A DNA stretch of 64,000 nucleotides from Pristiophorus japonicus (Eukaryota): assembly GCF_044704955.1 (NCBI RefSeq), contig NC_091977.1:992001-1056000 (forward strand). The letters run 5' to 3'. The notes beneath the pieces are model-generated. The model saw only the letters and a list, made by a program, of their open reading frames with translations. It was not told the DNA's origin and did no database searches. Positions 52,716-64,000 of this stretch are shown here, one piece after another. Position 1 is the first letter of the stretch. Each line of letters opens with the position of its first letter. The translations under genes and the position numbers were made by a program.

Positions 52716-53579
52716 CAATAGACAAGAGAAAAGAAAATTGTTCCTGAGGTGTTGGCCCAAACTGCACCAGCACGAGTTGACCATGATAGAAAGTCCACCC
52801 ATTTACACGTGTTAGTGGCACTCATGGTACATCGTGCGTGGTACATGGGGAATGCCACATGGGTCGGGCACCAGTGTGTTGGGTGCCAGCACCTAATGGA
52901 TGCCACCATTGTATTGCCTGGCATTGGAAATAAAGTCCCTTTTGAAGATTTGATTTTTACTTGTTATGTTGTTGGTGGGACTGAACGTCAGGGTGAACAT
53001 TTTTAGAACAAGTGTCTCCTGAAGTTCCATTCCTCGTGGAGGCTCAATGATTGGAGCTCTGCTCAGGAGCATTCTGGGAGCACACTCATTTAAATAATGT
53101 CTGGGACTGTAATGACCTTTGAGGTGGGTTTTGTGAACAGGCTCCCAGTGCATGTGTTGGCTGGTCTTACTGCAGTGTGCTCGGCCCATAGAGAACTGAG
53201 TAGGACTGGAGCCCTCTCCATGTCTGATAATATGGTGCTACATTTCTAGCACACCCTCCTCTGGTGAGTTTCTTCACCTGACCATCCCCAAATACCATCC
53301 ATACAGTGTAACCTTGACCTGACCCCGGATACTCCAGCAGGGTCAGGGGTAAAGTTCATCGACCCCACTCTGCCTCACTTACATTGGTGGAGCAGGACCG
53401 AGAGATTTCGGGCCCAATATTTTACTGATTAAAATGCACTGTGTGTAACCTGGCCTGACTCTTTAATGCAGCAAGTTACAAGTATTGATAATGGGCACAT
53501 TCTACTGTCAGTTAGAACCTAATCATTGGATTGTACATGTCACGACGTACACTAAATCTTATTGATCTGTTTTTCACAG

Positions 53580-53849
53580 TTGAGAGAAGTCCACAGAGAG
53601 CTGTGGTGGGCAGTGACGTTACACTCAGCTGTACCATCTCCAAACTCTCAGATACAGTCAGTCTTCAATGGAAACACAGAGACTCATCTCAGCAGGACAG
53701 GAGGAACACTGATCAGATCCGACTAAATAACACAGTCTATCTGATAGTCAGACACGTTGCAGTAGAGGATCAGGAGTTGTACACGTGTGAAGTGCAGGAA
53801 AATGGATCCAGTATTCTCACAGGAAAAGCACATTTCTCTGTGTACCCCA
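53580..53849 (+). CDS. Ig-superfamily receptor exon, D2 (C2/I-like)
   Basis: Acceptor TTTTTCACAG, donor GTAAGT, 270 nt, phase 1/1; GSDVTLSC...LQW...EDQELYTCEV. Confidence 0.92.
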
Positions 53850-55332
53850 GTAAGTGCAGTTACCTCACAGTGGATATTAAAGAGTTACTAATATAAAACT
53901 GTTACATATAAAGTGGAACCATACATTACAACCATCAGCACCATGCCCACAGTCAGCATGTGGGGGCCTGGTGCACATATCAGCATTGAACACAAACTGG
54001 CCTCTCTCCCCTCAATGTCACTTCTAACCCAGTTCTGCTGCTATTGGAAGTGATTCCAGGCGCTGCATACTCTCAGCTTCAAATAAGCACTGAGCCGGGA
54101 GCAGGACGAAGGGAAGAGGGAAGGGCAGGGAATCAGTGGCCATGAACGGGAGAGGGAAGGATGGAAATGTTGGGAATGTAGAGGAGAGATGGTGGGCAGG
54201 GGGAAACGACAAAGGCTGGGAGTGGGGCTTTGGGGGAGGGAGAGAGGAAAAGCTGGGAGTGGGGCTTTGGAACAGAAGATAAGAATGTGTATTTGTGTGA
54301 AGTGTAGAAAAAATACTCTTATTAAAATAGCATCAAAACTATTGATGTGGATCTGGGTAAGCCCAGAACTACCTTACAGTAGATATTAAAGAGTTACTGA
54401 AATAACACTGTTCCACACAATGTCCAGGGAGCACAGAGACATCAGATGCTTTTACTACAGACTGGGCTGTATTTTCTCTTTGGAACATTGGTGTAAATAT
54501 AACATTGCAATACACTGGGCAAATATCAACAACCAGATCTTGATGGATTGGATAATAAATAGCTAAAGGGTTAAAGGTGAACAGAAACATTCTCACACAA
54601 CTCATCAATGACCATAACACAGAGACAATTATTTTCTAAATATGGTTCACTTTATTCACTGCAAGGGCACAGAATTACAGTCCAGCCCTGACTGACTACT
54701 CAGTGCTCTCCCAATACACACACATAGGGGACAATACTGAGTGACTTTGGTTGAACATCATTGGTCGTACCAGAAGTGTACAAACAGTTATGGTGCTGTG
54801 TGGTCGTTAGCATCTGATATCAATAGATTGGGAGTGGAGGGAGGGTGGGTGGTTATAATGTGGCCGGTTCTGTACAGGTAACTGAATGGGGAACCACTTC
54901 ACCAGCTGTTGAGAGGCAAGTGGAGGAGAGTGACAAGGCTGCAGTCAATGTTGGTTTATCTTGTCTAGAATTGTTAAAGTAAATGAAGCAGTTCAACACT
55001 GGAAGGTAGAAAATCTGAATTGCAGCGTTTTTTTAATAAATGGTACCGGAGATAAAACAAAAACAGAAAATGCTTTCAGTAACAGCACCTTGAAGAAAGA
55101 AATAAAACGATGCTTCACTGAGGAAGAATGAAGTGGACATCGGTATTAGTGAGAAAGAGAGGTGACTGAAAGCTTGGTCAGAGATAGGTTTTCAGTGTGT
55201 GTGTAGACAAAGTAGGAGGTTTTAGTGTGGGAGAGAATGTGGATGGGTCATTTTGACTTTGTGCAATAGTAAGTTATCTTTGTGAGATGTAAAATGTGTT
55301 TCCAATTCACTACCAGCTGTTTTACACTATCA

Positions 55333-58300
55333 CATAATAGAGCTCAACCTGGTGGACTACTGATCCACCTAGTGGACTACTGTGGTAATGTAACTACTCA
55401 CGTATATACAATAAAAGCATCATGTGACAAGGTCACCTGACAAGTTCCAGTACAGCCATCTTGTGTATGTGTGTGTTTGTGATGTTGTGAGGAAGATATC
55501 ACATTGGCGATGTAGGATGGGATTTCTGGATTCCCGAGCTGAAATTTTTTTGGTGGCTGTTCCAGCCAACCAGCAGAGAGACTTTGAGAGGTTCTTTGTT
55601 TTGCAACACAACTAAAAATCCAAGGTAAATTTCAAGCACACTGTTGACATTGCCAGAGTCCAGATGGCCACACCTATGGGAATAATAGGGTGCTTGGGTG
55701 AGTTCCAGCCTGACTGAGAGACTTTCGGAGCATACATGGAGTGGCTAGAAATGTTTTTCACCGCAAATAGTATCATCAAAGTCCCTGATGATGAAAACCG
55801 TAACCGGGTGGTGTTAGAAAGAAAACGGGCTATTTTCCTGACTTAATCAGGCCTGGAGGTGGATGAAACCCTGAAAAATGTGCTTGTTCCTGACAAGACA
55901 AAGGGCCCGCCACTGACGGAGATTGTTAGCACGACAGTCCTGAGCCCCTGGAAGTTGCTGAAAGTTAATGTTTTGGAATATGAAATCAATTCATTGACGA
56001 GAGTATCAGTGAGTACATTGTAGCTTTAAAAAAGCTTTCCATTCACTGTCATTTCGTAAACTTTCAGGACCAAGCATTGCGTGACCACATTGTCTGTGGG
56101 ATGAAAAATAAAGCAATCAGAAGAAAGTTGTTGACAACCCCTAACTTGACTTTTGATTTAGCTTGCAAGACAGCTATGTCGATGGGTATGGCAGACCAAT
56201 ATTCCTGAGAATTTCACGCCATTTCCAGTCTTCAGACAACCGAAGTGAATCGGCTTCAGGCTAGAAGTAAAAAGCAGTTGGGCCCCAAGGCCTCCGCAAC
56301 TGACCAAGGTAACAGTGCATTGAAGTCATGCTATCGGTGATTGGGACAACACATCGCTCAAAATTGTACGTATGTGAAGGCAGAATGTTTCTTCTGCAAG
56401 AAAACTGGATATCTTGCGAAGGCATGCCGACTGAAGGGTAAACTATCAGTAGAAATCACCAGAGACTATGTAGCATTGAACAGAAGCAACAGGATGAGGA
56501 GGTTCTGAAGACACACGTCATCAGGAGCACAACGGTACCTAACAACGATTCATGAAGTATCGTCATCCAAGTAGACGTTGCAGGAACCAGGATACCCATG
56601 GAAATCAACACTGGTGCATCCGTGAGCGTAGTACTGGAATTGTTATATCTCGACAAGTTGAGTGATTTTTCACTGGAAAAGTCAAACATAGAACTGCGAG
56701 GCTACTCAGGAGAGCAAATCCCTGTGGTAGGATGTATTACCGTACTGGTAAAATACAAGGATCAGTTTCAGAGCTTACCTCTCTTATTCATGGCAGGAGA
56801 CAAGCCTTAATAGGTAGAAATAGGTGGGGATCATTGAAACTGGATTGGAGTGAGATTTTTTGAGTTGAAACGAGATTTGCATCGAAGGATGATGTCATCA
56901 AACAGTATCCAAAGGTGTCCGTGAAACAGGCAGTGCAATCCTAGGTTTCAAGGTGAGTGTCAGGGTACAGAAGAATGCTAGACCAGTTTACTGCAAGCCA
57001 TATCCCATGCCATACGAACTCAAAGAGAAAGTTGATCAAGTACTCAAAAGACTAGAAACTGAGAACATTATCTCTAAAGTAGACCTAAGTATTGGGCTAT
57101 ACCCATTGTTGTTGTACCTAAGTCAGATGGTAATGCTGATGCTATGTCCAGGTTGCCATCCCCATCACAAGTTACACCCAATGAGGAAGAAGTGTTCTAT
57201 TTTTCATACATTGATCACTTGCCTGTCACAGCTGAAGAACTTGGTAGAGCAACTAAGCATGACTCAGTTATGTCAAAGGTGTATGATTGTATAGCAAATG
57301 GCTGGCCAAACCAGATATCAGAGAAAGATATTCATCCATACTTTGTCCATAGGAATGAATTATCAGTCGATAAAGATTTATCATGTGGGTGCAAGAGTAG
57401 TTATCCCAAATAAGTTCAGGTCCAAGTTGTTAGGAGATCTTCATGACCAGCACCTGGGAATGTGCCTGACCAAGAGTTTTGCACTCAGTTACTTATGGTG
57501 GCCAGGTCTAGGTAAAGATACAGAGTGCATCATCAGTCAGTGTACAATATGTCAATCGGTAAGCACGATATCACCATCAGTACCATTACAGCCATGGAAA
57601 TGGCCTCCCAGGGTGTGGCAAAAGTTACATGTAGATTTTGCTGAGCTAGAAGGACAACAATTGTTCATTGTGATTGATAATCATTCGAAATGGGTAGAAG
57701 TATTTCCGATGCAGAAAATAACAACAAATAAAACAATAGACAATTTGCAAATATTGTTTTCTTCATATGGTCTCCCAGAAGAAATTGTTTCTGATAATGG
57801 GCCGCAATTTTGTTCAGAAGAATTTTCACAGTTCATGAGCAGGAACAGTGTGAAACATACCAAGGTTCCACCTTACCACCCTGCTTCAAATGGTGCACCG
57901 AGTGCACAGTACAAATTGTAAAACCCTGTCCTCAACAAGCAAATATTGGATCCAAATCCAAAGAAATGGCAGTTGTCATTGGATCACAAACTAGCAAATG
58001 TTCTGATTATGTATCGTAATACTCCTCATACAACTACTGGTAGAACACCAGCAGAATTGTTTCTCAAACGACAACCACGAATCAGGTTCTCGTTGTTGAA
58101 GCCAAACTTGGCACAGTTAGTAGAAGGGAAACAACTAAGACAGAAAGAGAATCATGATAGAGGTAAAATAAGAGAGAGAAGTGTGAAATTAAATCAGAAG
58201 GTGAGAGTGAAGAACCATCACCATAATTGGTTAAAATGGTTACCAGGAAGCGTAGTGAGGATATGCGACTCTCGAACATATTTGGACAAGATGTTTGATC

Positions 58301-59952
58301 ATGGAAAGGTTAGGTTTGTTCACATTGATCATATTTTACCGACAGATGTGGAAGGAGTTGAAAGTTGGAATGATTCGATTATTTCTGATGAGACAGATAG
58401 TCTTATTACAAGTAGAGTACCAGTAGCAAATCCTACATCAGATGTACTAGAAACAAGTACAAGAGAAAGTCAGAATTTAAGTCTGAGTCTGAGTCAGGCA
58501 GACAGACAGTCTGAAGTTGTAGAGAGTCAAAATGTAGATCAAGGGTTGCCCTTGAAGAAAAACTCTCCTCAGGCTCAGCCTAGAATGAGTTTAAGTTCGA
58601 CACCAAGTTTGGAAAGATCTGTTCGAGAGTGAAGGTATCCTCTTCGAAACAGAAAACAAGTGGTAAAGTTTGATTTGTAAAAATGGAAAAATAAGTCTAT
58701 ATTTGTTGTGTTTAACCATGCAAATTATGTATGGTGATTGTTTAGAAACATAGGAAATAGGTGCAGGAGTAGGCCATTCGGCCCTTCGAGCCTGCACCAC
58801 CATTCAATATGATCATGGCTGATCATACAACTTCAGTACCCCATCCTGCTTTCTCTCCATACCCCTTGATCCCTTTAGTCGTAAGGGCCACACCTAACTC
58901 CCTTTTGAATATATCTAACGAACTGGCCTCAACAACTCTCTGCGGTAGAGAATTCCACAGGTTCACAATTCTCTGAGTGAAGAAGTTTCTCCTCATCTCG
59001 GTCCTAAATGGTTGCCCCTTATCCTTAGACTGTGACCCCTGGTTCTGGACTTCCCCAACATCAGGAACATTCTTCCTGCATCTAACCTGTCCAGTCCTGT
59101 CAGAATTTTATATGTTTCTATGAGATCCCCCTCATTCTTTTAAATTCCAGTGAATATAAGCCTAGTCGATCCGATAAGATTACTGCACAAGAGATTACTC
59201 GAGAAGATTAAGGGGCATGGAATTTGGAGGAGGATAGAAAACTGGATTAAAAGGAAGGTGAATAAAAAAGTAGGGGTTAAAGGCAGTTTATTTTTATTTG
59301 TTCCCAATGATGTGGGCATCGCTGGCAAGGCCGGCATTTATTGCCCATTCCTAATTGCCCTCAAAGGTGGTGGTGAGCCGCCTTCTTGAACCGCTGCAGT
59401 CCGTGTGGTGAAGGTGTTCCCACAGTGCTGTTGGGGAGGGAGTTCCAGGATTTTGACCCAGCGATGATGAAGGAACGGCCAATATATTCCCATGTCGGGA
59501 TGGTGTGTGACTGGGAGGGGAACGTTGAGGTGGTGGTGTTCCCTTGCACCTGCTGCCCTTATCCTTCTGGGAAGTAGAGGTCGCGGGTTTGGGAGGTGAT
59601 TTTGGAGAAGCCTTGGCGAGTTTCTGCAGTGCATCTTGTAGATGGTACACACTGCAGCCACGGTGCGCCGGTGGTGGAGGGAGTGAATGTTTAACGTGGT
59701 GTATGGGGTGCCAATCAAATGGGTGCTTTGTCCTAGATGGTGTCGAGCTTCTTGAGTGTTGTTGGAGCTGCATTGTTATGATTACTTCTTCATTAAGGGA
59801 GAAGTGTAATAGAGCTCCACTTAGTGGACTACTGTGGTAATGCAACTTCTCATGCAAATTCAATGCAAGCATCATGTGACAAGACATAACAAGTTCCTGT
59901 CGAGCCATCTTGTGCATGTGTGTGTCTGTGATGTGGTAAGGCAGATATCACA
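55333..59952 (+). mobile_element. Ty3/Gypsy element with both LTRs (55333-55503, 59805-59952); RT/RNase H deleted; nested LINE pieces at 58744-59772
   Basis: PBS TGGCGATGTAGGATGGG at 55505; PPT AAGGGAGAAG before 59805; gag, protease (EINTGASVS) and integrase (HVDFAE, VSDNGPQF, PPYHPASNG). Confidence 0.9.
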
Positions 59953-60309
59953 TTCACTATCACCTCTTTTACACTATCGCACAAGGCCAAATTACCCCCA
60001 TGTTTTTGAAAGAAAGTATCGTGATTGCCCCTTGGACAATAAGGAAAGGTTTTCCAATTTTCCAATCTTGTCAACTGCCAAGTTGTATTGCAAAAGCAAT
60101 TAAAATGACTCTGGGTTAGTCTTGCTGAGAAAATGTGAAGGCTTTAGTGGAAATAGTGAAAGAAATATCAGGAGAAAGAAAGAAAGTAACAAAGAAAGAA
60201 TAGAAAAGGCACAGGTATAAAGTCTGTGCAGAATGTTCAATACAGAAGGAGACAGATGCTCACTGTGAATGAACCACTCCACTGAATACAAACTGAGTAT
60301 CGTGAGCAG

Positions 60310-60522
60310 GTTATTGGTGAGTAAGGGCTGCTTGATAGCTCTGTTGACGACACCTTCCATCACTTTGCTGAAGATTGAGAGTAGACTGAAGGGGCGGTAA
60401 TTGGCTGGATTGGATTTGTCCTGCTTTTTGATTGTAGGACATACCTGGGCAGTTTTCCACATTGTCGGGTAGATCCCAGTGTTGTAGCTGTACTGGGACA
60501 GCTTGGCGAGAGGCGTGGCTAG
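60310..60522 (-). mobile_element. LINE RT fragment
   Basis: WKTAQVCP...NPANYRPFSLLS; same family as 47385-49350. Confidence 0.8.
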
Positions 60523-60642
60523 TTATGATAATCAAAACACAAAATAGTTTTATATAATTTTTGCCAATAATTATTCTGGCTTTTCTCTCTACCTTAGAAA
60601 CTGTTAAATTCTAACACGTTGTTCTCTGTCTCTCTATCACAG

Positions 60643-60984
60643 ATTTATATCAAGAGAGTTACACACTTTATCGGTCAGGCACAGATCGCAGTGAACTCGA
60701 CCTGATTTGCTATTCTGTTGCCTCTACTTACAATGCTGCTGCATGGACCTGGAGCTCACATCATCTTCCAAATCAGGAGAAAAAAATAGCAACTGCTTCG
60801 AAATCTCAGCCTATCGATGTGAACAGGACTGACTTTGGGAGTCGACTGGTGCCCACAGTGGGACATTTTAATGGTTATATCTTCAGTGTGAGGATTGTCC
60901 CTGTACTGTTTGACGATGCAGGAGTTTACACATGTTCTCTGGGATCACGTAAATTTGTGACCATTAAACTAATCACAGTTAAAG
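60643..60984 (+). CDS. Ig-superfamily receptor exon, D3 (V-set)
   Basis: Acceptor TCTCTATCACAG, donor GTAGGA, 342 nt, phase 1/1; LDLIC...AAWTW...FGSRL...DDAGVYTCS. Confidence 0.92.
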
Positions 60985-61062
60985 GTAGGACACAGAATGT
61001 TGCTGGTGTTTTCGATGATAAAGTCATTGTGTAAAAGCTGAATGATTTTCCTGTTTCCACAG

Positions 61063-61332
61063 TCACAGCTGAACCATCTGATGCAGAGACTGAGGGAGAC
61101 ACCGTTACCCCGACCTGCTCTGTGTCTGATGTCACTGAACCAATGAGACTGGTTTGGATCAATAGTGACGGCAGAACTGTTGGAGAGAAAACATTGAATG
61201 GACGGAATGGGGAAGAGAAATCATTGCAACTGATTATTCAGAAAGCTGACAGAGGCAGAGGGAACTGGATATGTGCTGTGTTTTATCAAAACCGGCCCCA
61301 GGTTTTAGTCCCGTACTATCTGGAGCCCAGTG
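61063..61332 (+). CDS. Ig-superfamily receptor exon, D4 (C2 with W-x-C); the gene probably continues past the window
   Basis: 78-nt upstream intron, acceptor TTTCCACAG, donor GTAAGT, 270 nt; EGDTVTPTC...LVW...GNWICAV. Confidence 0.92.
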
Positions 61333-61696
61333 GTAAGTGACTCAGGGTTTGCTCTTTAATCTTATAATCTCCACAGGAAATTCTTGTCACTTATTGTTCT
61401 TGTTGCCTGGAGTAACCCCTCCTTTATATCCTGTGTGTGAAGCTGTACAGTGTTTCAGAGCCTCAGGAAATCTACCCTGAGATAACTCAGCACAGCCTGG
61501 GATCGAGCGAGGAACTTTCCTGGTCTGTGTGCCTCAACTACGCTCTTGGTAAACTCACTGAGACAGGACAAGCATTTAAGTTTGACAATCCAGTGGTACA
61601 GAAGTCATTTCTGTTGGTTTTCTGACACAGAATCAATCAGAATGCTCCGAAAAATCAGAGCAAATAATTCCCAGCTGCAAATATTGCAATTGAAAG

Positions 61697-64000
61697 TCTC
61701 CCCAAATTCCATCTTGGAGAGCACGTCCATCAGGTACGTGTGCGATATCCTGTCAAAGGCCTTCTCCTGGTCCAAGCTGATTAAACAGGTGTCCACCCTC
61801 CTGTCCCACACGTAGGCGATCGTATCCCTGAGTAGCGCGAGGCTATCAGAGATCTTCCTGCCGGGGACAGCGCAGGTCTGGTCCGGGTGGATCACCAGCT
61901 CCAGAGCAGACTTGACCCTGTTGGCGATGACCTTTGACAGGATCTTGTAGTCCACATTGAGCAGCGAGATGGGCCGCCAGTTTTTGATTTCCTCCCTATC
62001 CCCCTTCTGCTTGTAGATGAGGGTGATGATGCCTTTCCTCATTGATTCTGACATACTGCCAGCCAGAAGCATACCCCCGTACACTTCCAGCAGGTCTGGG
62101 CCCATCCAGTCCCACAGAGCCCAATACAACTCGACCGGTAAGCCGTCGCTTCCGGGAGTTTTACTTGTCGCCAGGGACCAGACGGCCTTTGTCAGATCGT
62201 CCAGAGTTAGTGGGTGGTCCAGACTCTACCACTCGCTGTCATCTAAGATCTCTGAGATAGACGACAGGAAAGACTGAGAGGCCACACGGTCTGTGGGCTT
62301 GACGTCGTACAGCCCGGCATAGAAGGATTTGCTGGACCTCAGCATGTCGGGCTGCGAAGACGTCACAGAACCGTCTTCTTCCTTTAGGCTGGTGATCACA
62401 GAGCTCCCCCTGTGTACTTTTTGGAAGAAGAAACGCGAACACGTCTCATCCTGCTCGACGGAGCGGACTCTGGAGCGGAAGATGATTTTGGAGGACTCTG
62501 AGGCAAAGAGCGAGACTTGCTGGCCCTTCACCTCTTGGAGTTCCTCCGCGACATCAACCCCCATCGACTGCAGCAGGAACAGGTTTTGCATACTCTTCTG
62601 GAGTTGGGACAATTCCCTCTGTCTCCCTCTTGCCTGCTGAACACCTTTGAGGATGAAGAACCTCTTGATGTTTGTCTTGATTGTTTCCCACCAGTGCATC
62701 GGGGAATCACAGAGGGGTTTTACAGTTCTCCAACCTTTGTAATCCCTCTTGAGTTCCTCAATGTTTTCCGGGGTCAACAGTTTCATGTTGAGCTTCCATA
62801 TCCCCCTGCCAACTTTCTGGCTTTCCTGTGGGAGGCAGTCGGCCAGTAGGAGGCAGTGGTCAGAGAAGAACACCGGCGTGACGTATGTGGATCAACCTTG
62901 AGCGTGTGGGACACAAACAGGAAGTCTATTCTGGAATGGACGGACCCGTCTGGTCTCGACCAGGTGTATCTGCGCGGTGCTCCGTCTGCAGGGTTGCTGA
63001 AGATGTCGCACAGCTTGGCATCTTTTACCGCGTCCATCAGGAGTCTGGACGTGGCGTCCAGTTTGCTGTCGGCTCTGCTGGATCGTCCAGCCACATCGAT
63101 GATACAGTTGAAATCACCGCCCAGAACGACCGGTCTGGATGTCGCCAGCAGCAGTGGGAGCTGCTGGAGGAGGGCCAGTCGCTGGCTTCTGAGAGGTGAG
63201 GCATACACGTTAATTAGCCTTAGAGGAACATTTTTATACAATACATCTGCTACGAGGAGGCGGCCGCCCACCACCTCCTTAACTTCGGTGATGGTGAAGT
63301 GACCTCCCCGCAGCAGAATGCCCAGGCCGGAGGCCCGGCAATCGTTGCCTCCTGACCAGACGGATGGTCCATTGCGACCACTGCCGGTAACTGCTGAAGT
63401 GCGGCAGGCCACACTCCGGCAAGAACAGCAGGTCTGCCTTGACCTTGGCGAGGTACCCCAAGGTGGAAACACATCGCGTAGATGACTTAATGCTACGCAC
63501 GTTAATGGATGCTATCTTTAAACCCATTTTTAAATTGGTGATTACAATCCAAACATTACATTTCAAACACGCAGTCCTTTGGCCCTGTGGCCTGTTCCCG
63601 TATACATAGGTTAACTTTAAACTTTTCTACTGCACCTTGGCTGAGATATGGGTTGTCCTCTGCCTTGGGGATGGTTTGACCAGAGGACACCAGCAGTGTG
63701 GACGGGAGACCTCCATGTTAACTGGGCTGCCCTTGCCTGGTGTTGGTTGTTCCTTGTGTGCATCCCCTGTGGTGTCGTCGCTCCCAGAGATCCGGAGCGG
63801 GGGGGCATCTGTCACTTCGTCGCTCCCAGAGATCCGGAGCGGGGGGCATCTGTCACTTCATCGCTCTCAGAGATCCGGAGCGGGGGGTGCATCTGTCACT
63901 TCATCGCTCCCAGAGATCCGGAGCGGGGGGGCATCTGTCACGTCGTCGCTCCCAGAGATCCGGAGCGGGGGGGCATGTGTCACTTCATCGTTCCCAGAGA
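61697..64000 (-). mobile_element. Tx1/L1-clade LINE: ORF2 (start codon at 63527) broken off within RT, plus upstream sequence
   Basis: KIASINVRSIK, LGGDFNCI, SRIDF, FSDH, WRPISLLNVDYKILSK, LDQEKAFDRISH. Confidence 0.92.
63770..64000. repeat. 41-42-bp tandem repeat running to the window edge
   Basis: Unit GTCACTTCRTCGCTCCCAGAGATCCGGAGCGGGGGGCATCT. Confidence 0.92.

Noticed and set aside
49653-61332. Rearranging antigen receptor (Ig, TCR or IgNAR) segments
   Set aside because: The V exons end in splice donors rather than RSS heptamer/nonamer, there are no J segments, and the constant-like domains are C2/I rather than C1
61377-61480. Possible next exon after D4 (CCACAG|GAAATTCTTGTCAC...)
   Set aside because: It would need a 44-nt intron and yields a short peptide with no convincing TM segment

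Overview
Vertebrate genomic DNA, most likely from a cartilaginous fish (inferred from the repeat families). Most of the window is decayed and often nested transposable elements: four Ty3/Gypsy LTR retrotransposons, many CR1-, L2-, RTE- and Tx1/L1-type LINE pieces, PIF/Harbinger DNA transposons, and several minisatellites that arose from TE sequence. One host gene can be reconstructed on the + strand. It has a signal-peptide exon (38668-38755) and four immunoglobulin-superfamily exons (49653-49994, 53580-53849, 60643-60984, 61063-61332). All introns are GT-AG and phase 1, and the exons splice into one open frame of 437 codons. The V-C2-V-C2 layout, exon lengths of exactly 342/270/342/270 nt, a W-x-C motif in D4 and a cysteine-free D1 suggest a divergent receptor of the CD4/LAG-3/G6F-like type. 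No transmembrane or cytoplasmic exon is visible in the window. No rRNA, tRNA gene or CRISPR array is seen. There is an assembly gap at 41456-41633.
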